Part shown: in pieces, positions 57,800-64,000 of the stretch | Layout of the letters: each line of letters starts with the position of its first letter | How positions within the stretch are numbered: position 1 is the stretch's first letter | Assembly (NCBI GenBank): GCA_976226885.1 | Contig: OZ320316.1 | Coordinates: 46,376,001-46,440,000, forward strand | Length of the DNA stretch: 64,000 bases | Reading direction: 5' to 3' | Origin: Iphione sp. A-MEVVRFRX5 | Taxonomy: Eukaryota | Translations under genes and position numbers: made by a program | The notes under the pieces: model-generated | Seen by the model: the letters and a program-made list of their open reading frames with translations, nothing else | Told to the model about the DNA's origin: nothing | Databases searched by the model: none

Positions 57800-59790
57800 C
57801 AAATATTAGGATTGTTCTCTATAGCAGGGAAGGATGAGACTGCACGGATGATCGGGAGAGGCGGACGATCGGGAACTCTTTCTAAGGAGTGGGAAAGACG
57901 AGATATAAAGCAGAAATTTAGCGGCAAGAGGGAGGGAGTAGAAGTGTGGAAATGGAAGACGGCAGAGGAGTAGTAAAGTACGAAGAATTGAGATACTGAC
58001 GAAAAGAATATGGGGATAATGGTGGAGGCAATAGGGAGGAGAACTCTGTAAGAAAAGTGAATTAAGTAGAAATACTACGATAGTGCAGGACAAAAGGCAA
58101 GGGAAAAGATTAACGGTTACAAACAAGATAGTAGAAAAGTAGGGGGTCACACTGAGGAAATAGAAAGGATGAGTATCCAAGGTCCTCATAGAGCATTACA
58201 AACAGAACATGGGCAAAGGAAAAACGGATGAGAGAAGAGTGGGAACAGGAATTAAACCACGAGATATGTGGAATAAGGGGGGAAAACAAAGGGAAAGAGA
58301 CATAGGGAACAACGGATTTGCCCAACTATGAACTGTACAGACTTCGTCATTCCTGTATTCGCGACTGTACCCAATTCGTTTTGCAAAAAAAAGCCAATGC
58401 GTGTAACTAGTGAATCTATTATTTCAACTTGTCAGGCATGGCCGTAAGTGCAAATTAACCAAGAAGCTCCATACACTTGCAAGAACATGAACACACTACG
58501 TGAGCGTGGAATTCATGTGCATGACTCGATAGTTATCTCTATCAATCAATACATACCCCAACCTAAACGTCCATTACACAATTTTCCCGCCCACCCCTGG
58601 GTGGATGGTGGAATCGCTGAATTTGAATGCTTTAAATACGTGTTCACGCATGCAGTTGTACTATACCAGGTCGGCAGTGTTCTCACGGTCCCCCTTCAAC
58701 AACTCATGTCAGCTCACGTCAGTTGGAAATAACGCCTTCTCCCCAAAAACAACACGTGTAAATGGGATTCTACTTCATTTCGTAAAGGCAACAACGTAAG
58801 TGATCAGGTGATGAAATATGGCGGCTCCTACGGGGCGGAAGGTCAGAGGTCATTCCCTTGTTGAGATCCCACAGCTCTGCTGTTGTATTAGTCTGTTTTT
58901 GAAAGATATGAGGAGATAGTCAGGAAAGGATAGCATGCGGGGGTAAGATGAGGGATAGTAGAGAAAAGGGATGAAGAACGAGTAAGAAAGAAGCGGCGAG
59001 GGGGAAGGATAAGTAATTAATAAATGAGAAGACATTGATGAAAGAAAGAGAAAGAGTGTGAAAAAGAATTCAATGGGGGGAGAAGGAAGAGAAAAGTAAA
59101 CAGGAGGAAAGGGGATGGGAGGGAAAATGTAAGCGAGAGGACCACTAAGTGACGCAAGGAGGGCAAAAGAGAATGAGAGAAAATAGGAGTAAGGACTCTG
59201 AAGTTGAAAACGGGATAACAATTAGGAGGATACCAGTGATACAAATAGGGACAATAAAGTGGATCGGAATGGAGGAAATAGTAGGCAACAGGTTAATAAT
59301 TGAGGGCGTGAAGACAAATGAAGAGTAGTAGGAAGGGGAATGATTGGAAAAGAAACAAGGCAGCGAGAATGTAAGAAGGGAACAAGAAAACCGTGAAGAA
59401 TTGCGACGGGCACGACACAGTGAATAAGGAAAGATGGGAGAGGAAACGTGGACAGTAGTGCGAAAGATGAGGGAGATGATGGCCGAAATACATGAATTCA
59501 TAATCATAATGGAGGAATAGTTAGGAAGATGAATAAAAGAGTAGGAAAAAAAAGGAGCAGGGTGGACAAAAGAACGGGGGGGAGAAGGAAAGGGATGAAG
59601 GAATGAGGGGAATGCGGTTAGGAGATGGGCAGAAAGGGGCAGAAAGGAGGGAACTGTAGGCATAATTAAGGTTTTAAGAAGAGTACAAGAGAGGAATTAG
59701 GGAGAGGCAGACCGAGAGAATGACGGAAGGCCGATAGGAGAAGGAGACGCGCGGTAAAAAGAAAGCACTCGAAGTGGAAGGGATATAAGC
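57800..59790. repeat. Long purine-rich low-complexity tracts (57800-58320, 58900-59790)
   Basis: A/G-dominated plus strand with no coherent coding signal. Confidence 0.75.
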
Positions 59791-61194
59791 GAGAAAATTT
59801 TAAATTGTGTAAAACTTAGCCTTTGCTATCCATCTGATCATCTTCCCGGTCATCCCATCTCAGTTCTCTAAAAGGTCCCATATGTAAATCAATTCATTCA
59901 CGAAAGTACCTCATAATAAAAAAAAACAAATACATAATCATTGACAAACACTGGTTCCTTTTCCCGTAGGGCAAGTCGATCCTCATGACTTCTAGATTGG
60001 TAACCATGGTAACATGTACCACGTGTGGCGGTCACATGACCACGGGTACCTACTGGCCACTAGGGAGGACTGCCCTCATCGACAGACGGCGATGGTTCCA
60101 TTTGGTGGTTAGTAGGGGCATCGACCCGGGGCGGGACGCCGCCTGCAAGGGGATTGAAGAGGGTGTGGGAAGTGTAGATGTGAGGACGGGGATGGGACAG
60201 TGGACCGTCTGATAGACGTAGATACCATGAATTAAAGTAGTTTAGGATAGAGGGATGTGGACATTTCAGAGCGGATAAATGGGATAATTCAAGGGGCGAG
60301 AAAGTAAAAGTAAAACTTTCGACCTCTAAAGGATTAACCCCAAATAAATGATATATTTTTATAATAACGGAATGGACTACGGATCAGTTATCCTTATGAC
60401 TCTCTAGATAGCTATTTGCAGGGGCTAATATTGTATTAATCAGAACAGGAGTAGACATTCAGTAGACACGGGGCAGCACCTTCATACCAAATACCACGTA
60501 CCAAGCATGTTCTTAAGGATGGAAAGCTCTCTGTTTATGATCCAAACAATCAGGACAAACTAGGAGGATCCTTTCAAACTTTGATGTACATGACTTTTCT
60601 TTCTATTGGACGTACATATATATTTGAATGTATGGGATCTTTCAGCGGCCTACGATAGAGGATGTTCTAGTCCAAAAATCTGCGACATCTGGACTATTCA
60701 GAAGAGTACACATTCCAGGAGACATTTTAAGAGGTTCGATTAGCCAGATTAACCGAAACAACTACACAAGCAGTGGGGCCATAATCCACTTCTCTTGTTT
60801 GTTGGTTGTTAGGGTAACCTTGGTGACATCCTTCACACTAACAGGTGGCAATTCCCAGATGCATGGTCGCTACAAAGTGCTATTAATGTGGTAATAAACT
60901 TAATTCTCAAGTATGTTACCAATCCCATACTCTGTGAAGAACGATCTTTTCAAGAGGTAGGACAAACTTTATTACAAACTTAATACGAATGCCACTCTAA
61001 TGATCCTAGGGTGAATTTAATAAAGGCCCCTTTATGGCACACCATGACGCACAAGTGACAGACAGGACTCATTACCATTACACCATACAAATTAACATCT
61101 GTTCTCAAGATAAGCACGACTCCAGCACGCACGCAGTTTTAACATCACCCACCCCAGCTTCTTGTAGATAACTAATGATCAGATGATGATTAAT

Positions 61195-62500
61195 AATGTT
61201 AAACGCTTTTGATAATTATACCGAAAAATACCCATGCAATGTACTCCTCCTCATCGACTGCAGTGTAGATGCCCCTCAAAAAGACAGAGACTGCCGTTGA
61301 TGTCCCCCTTTGCTTTCTAAAACCATGTTCCTCTTTGAAAAAAATAATCTGCCGAATCTTAGTATATGCCAAGTTGCTTATGGACCAGCTTTTCAATTAA
61401 TTTCCCAATCACAAGGATTATTGCCACAGGCCTGTAATTTGTCTTACCAGTTTTTGCCCCTTTTTAAACAGTGCGATAACTCGTGCTATCTTCTACTCAT
61501 CTAATTTTTCAGCCTCACAAAAGACGAAATTGTTTAACATTCATGTAACCTTATCCCAATCATTACCTTCTATTTTAGAATTTCTGAAGAGTTATCCCCC
61601 TTCTTCATGATGAGAGTGTTTGAACAACTCCAATAATTCCTTAACGAGTTACTTTCATGCAAACGTGGAGTACCATATTCCTTTTTTGCCTTTTTTATTA
61701 GCTTTGTACCTGAACCTTATGACATGTAGAGATACGAAGGTCATCCATGTTGCCTGTTTCCTATACTGTGACAGAAAATAATTCCTAGTTAATATCGCCT
61801 CTCGCATTTCTCCAGTCACCCATGGACTGCCAGGCTTCCTCTTCCTCCTTCTCTTAGGACATGGATCTCTTATAGCCACACACCAATAGAAATGGTTCCA
61901 CCTGATTTCTACCTGATCCTTATCATTATCGCTCAGATACTGAAGACAAGTGAGTGCTCTTGTGGTGAGGCTCTGCAATAATTACTGCATGTCCGACCCC
62001 AATAATGCTCAACCAGCTCATGCTCCCTTTCGTTTTCATTCCAACTGAAGACAGGCTGATGATCACTGACATAATGGCAGAGTGCCAGCTTCACTAACAT
62101 GTTGCATGTTGTAGACATTTAGACAATGACTGGCATATTTGTCTTATGAATCATTGTTGGATTGCAGTAGTCGTCCCTCAATACTCTGACATTTTTGGTC
62201 CCTTTAAATTTCATCGGAATGGAAATTGTCGGCTCGGGGAACTATTTCAGCTGGTTTTTCATATGTTGTTCCTTCACAATGTGTCAGATAAATTGTCGAC
62301 GGATTTGGGGGTACCACTGTATATTTGGTCAGATCATAATTTTTTGAGGTATATTTGTAAAGAAGCATGCTGCTTTCAAGGATTTCCCCAATCAACATTG
62401 AAACCCCGCCCCCTACAATAACGTCAAATTTACCATTCTTACGTATGACAGCCAGCCTATTAGTGATGTACTCCATTAGGACCACTGTTTGACCGGAGGG
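61195..62500 (-). mobile_element. Decayed CR1/L2-like LINE ORF2 fragment (EN to RT N-terminus)
   Basis: VIVGGGVSMLI, YVSDHQPVF (EN), KRKPGSPWVTGEMREAI, EHGFRKQRGTSTAV (RT QHGFR motif); many stops. Confidence 0.75.
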
Positions 62501-63224
62501 TGGACAGTAAACTTAGCCAACAACTAATGGTTTACGGTCTGGTGAATAAATTTTGACCCAGAGATCTTCAACATTACTTATACAATTTACAGTTAAGTTC
62601 AGTCATGACCTGGGTAGTAGTTGTGCTTGTAACGTATGTAAGGAGTCCTCACCCTTTTGATTTTTCCGATTCCTCACCCTTGTCTTGCCAATACAGTGCA
62701 CCGCCTTGGTTTAGGTTATTATCGGGAGTACCAGTTTTTAAGCATGTTTCACATAGACTATATAATATGGTGTGTACATCAATCAACAAGTTGTCTATAT
62801 CGTTTAATTTACAAAAGAGCGTTGTTGTTGTATAACTAAACCTGACTATCCATTTAGTTTAATGCATATACGTACTTACATACTAAACAAATATCTATCA
62901 TGATATCCGTACAATTACGGGCCATTCTTTGTATATTGGTACGGATATACAAGTATCGTGCAAGAGTAAAGACGACAGGTAAAACTGATGATCATTTTGC
63001 ATGGGAACCAACCCCATGTCTTCTCCCTTTATATGTAAGTATGTCCCTTACATATAATATATACATGTCTGTATCTTGCCTTATAAAATTACATATATGC
63101 AGAAATACAGCAATACGAAACAACAATTGTACATGTATTGATTTCCTATCCATGGGCCACAGCACGTGTACATAAGCTAGAGGCCCTTAAGATAACCCTT
63201 CCCAGTCTGCTCCCCTTCAGTTAT

Positions 63225-63338
63225 TGACATCTGGCGTGTCTACTCCTATAGCTGACAGTTCCAGGAGACGAACTTTACACTGACATCTGGCGTGTCTACT
63301 CCTATAGCTGACAGTTCCAGGAGACGAACTTTACACTG
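63225..63338. repeat. Perfect 56-bp tandem duplication
   Basis: tgacatctggcgtgtc..gaactttacac at 63225 and 63281. Confidence 0.95.
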
Positions 63339-64000
63339 CACAAAGATCCTCAAAAATAATTAGGGTTGCTCCTTCCGCCATTTCCCCTAAAGTTATGTCA
63401 ATGTCAGCCCTTTGAATTTGATATAGTCCTGTTAACCGTCCCACTGATAACAGTGAATGTTATGTCGAATGGACCAGTGTGTGATTATGTATATTTTGGA
63501 CTGTCATGCACGCTGCATATATATACATACATACATCTGTACACTCCTGCTCAGAGTTCCTGTATGTATATGTAGTTGAATGGGTTCTTGCACAGAACAC
63601 GGCTACGTACATTGGCTGTACAAGGCGGTGACGGGGGTTTGCTTAACTGTTCTTCCCTGTCCCCTCCCTTGCTCTGTACCTCCCTTCCTTCCCTGTCACC
63701 ATTACCTGCTGCGCTGAGATCGAGGGGCGTCACCAGCAGGAAAGCTAGGTCATGTGAGGACATGCCTCCGTGCGCCCTCTCCCTTCCGAAAGCCAGTGTC
63801 TCTGGTCCCCAGGTCTCTGTGTGCCTCCCTTCCCGTTTGCAACTCAGCTAGAGCAGGTGCACAGATATCATGGCAACGGTGGGGCCTGTTGTCTAGGGGA
63901 GATCGTGACGGTGCCTAGCGATGGTGGCAGTGACATTGGTGATGGTGATGTGTCGTCGTATTGTGAACCGCGCAGTTGAGGTAGTGAGTAGAAACCACGG

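Noticed and set aside
44300-59663. Long ORFs rich in S/L/F/P or E/R (e.g. 44300-44926, 46630-47292, 50413-50991, 59145-59663)
   Set aside because: They arise from microsatellites and purine/pyrimidine tracts that lack stop codons.

Overview
Eukaryotic genomic DNA from an animal, probably a lophotrochozoan-type invertebrate (inferred from TE families, (GA)n microsatellites and GT-AG introns). No rRNA, intact tRNA or CRISPR features were seen. One clear host gene is present: an intronless ~1099-aa minus-strand ORF (40791-44090) encoding a signal peptide, a Cys-rich ectodomain, a multi-pass TM region and a C-terminal domain resembling a herpes-tegument (peptidase C76) deubiquitinase with substituted catalytic residues. 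A weakly supported multi-exon gene may start at 38877. The interval 11.6-28.9 kb is a nested TE cluster: (1) a decayed CR1/L2-like LINE whose ORF1 region carries a recognisable NADAR (YbiA-like) domain; (2) a decayed DIRS/Ngaro tyrosine-recombinase retroelement; (3) an internally deleted Gypsy-like LTR element that keeps an intact, apparently spliced extra ORF with two C2H2 fingers, flanked on both sides by about 15 copies of the palindrome TGGCG-N4-CGCCA. The rest is MITEs, LINE fragments, mini/microsatellites, purine/pyrimidine tracts and one unexplained 27-bp-stem hairpin. All domain calls come from by-eye motif recognition and hand translation; no database search was run.
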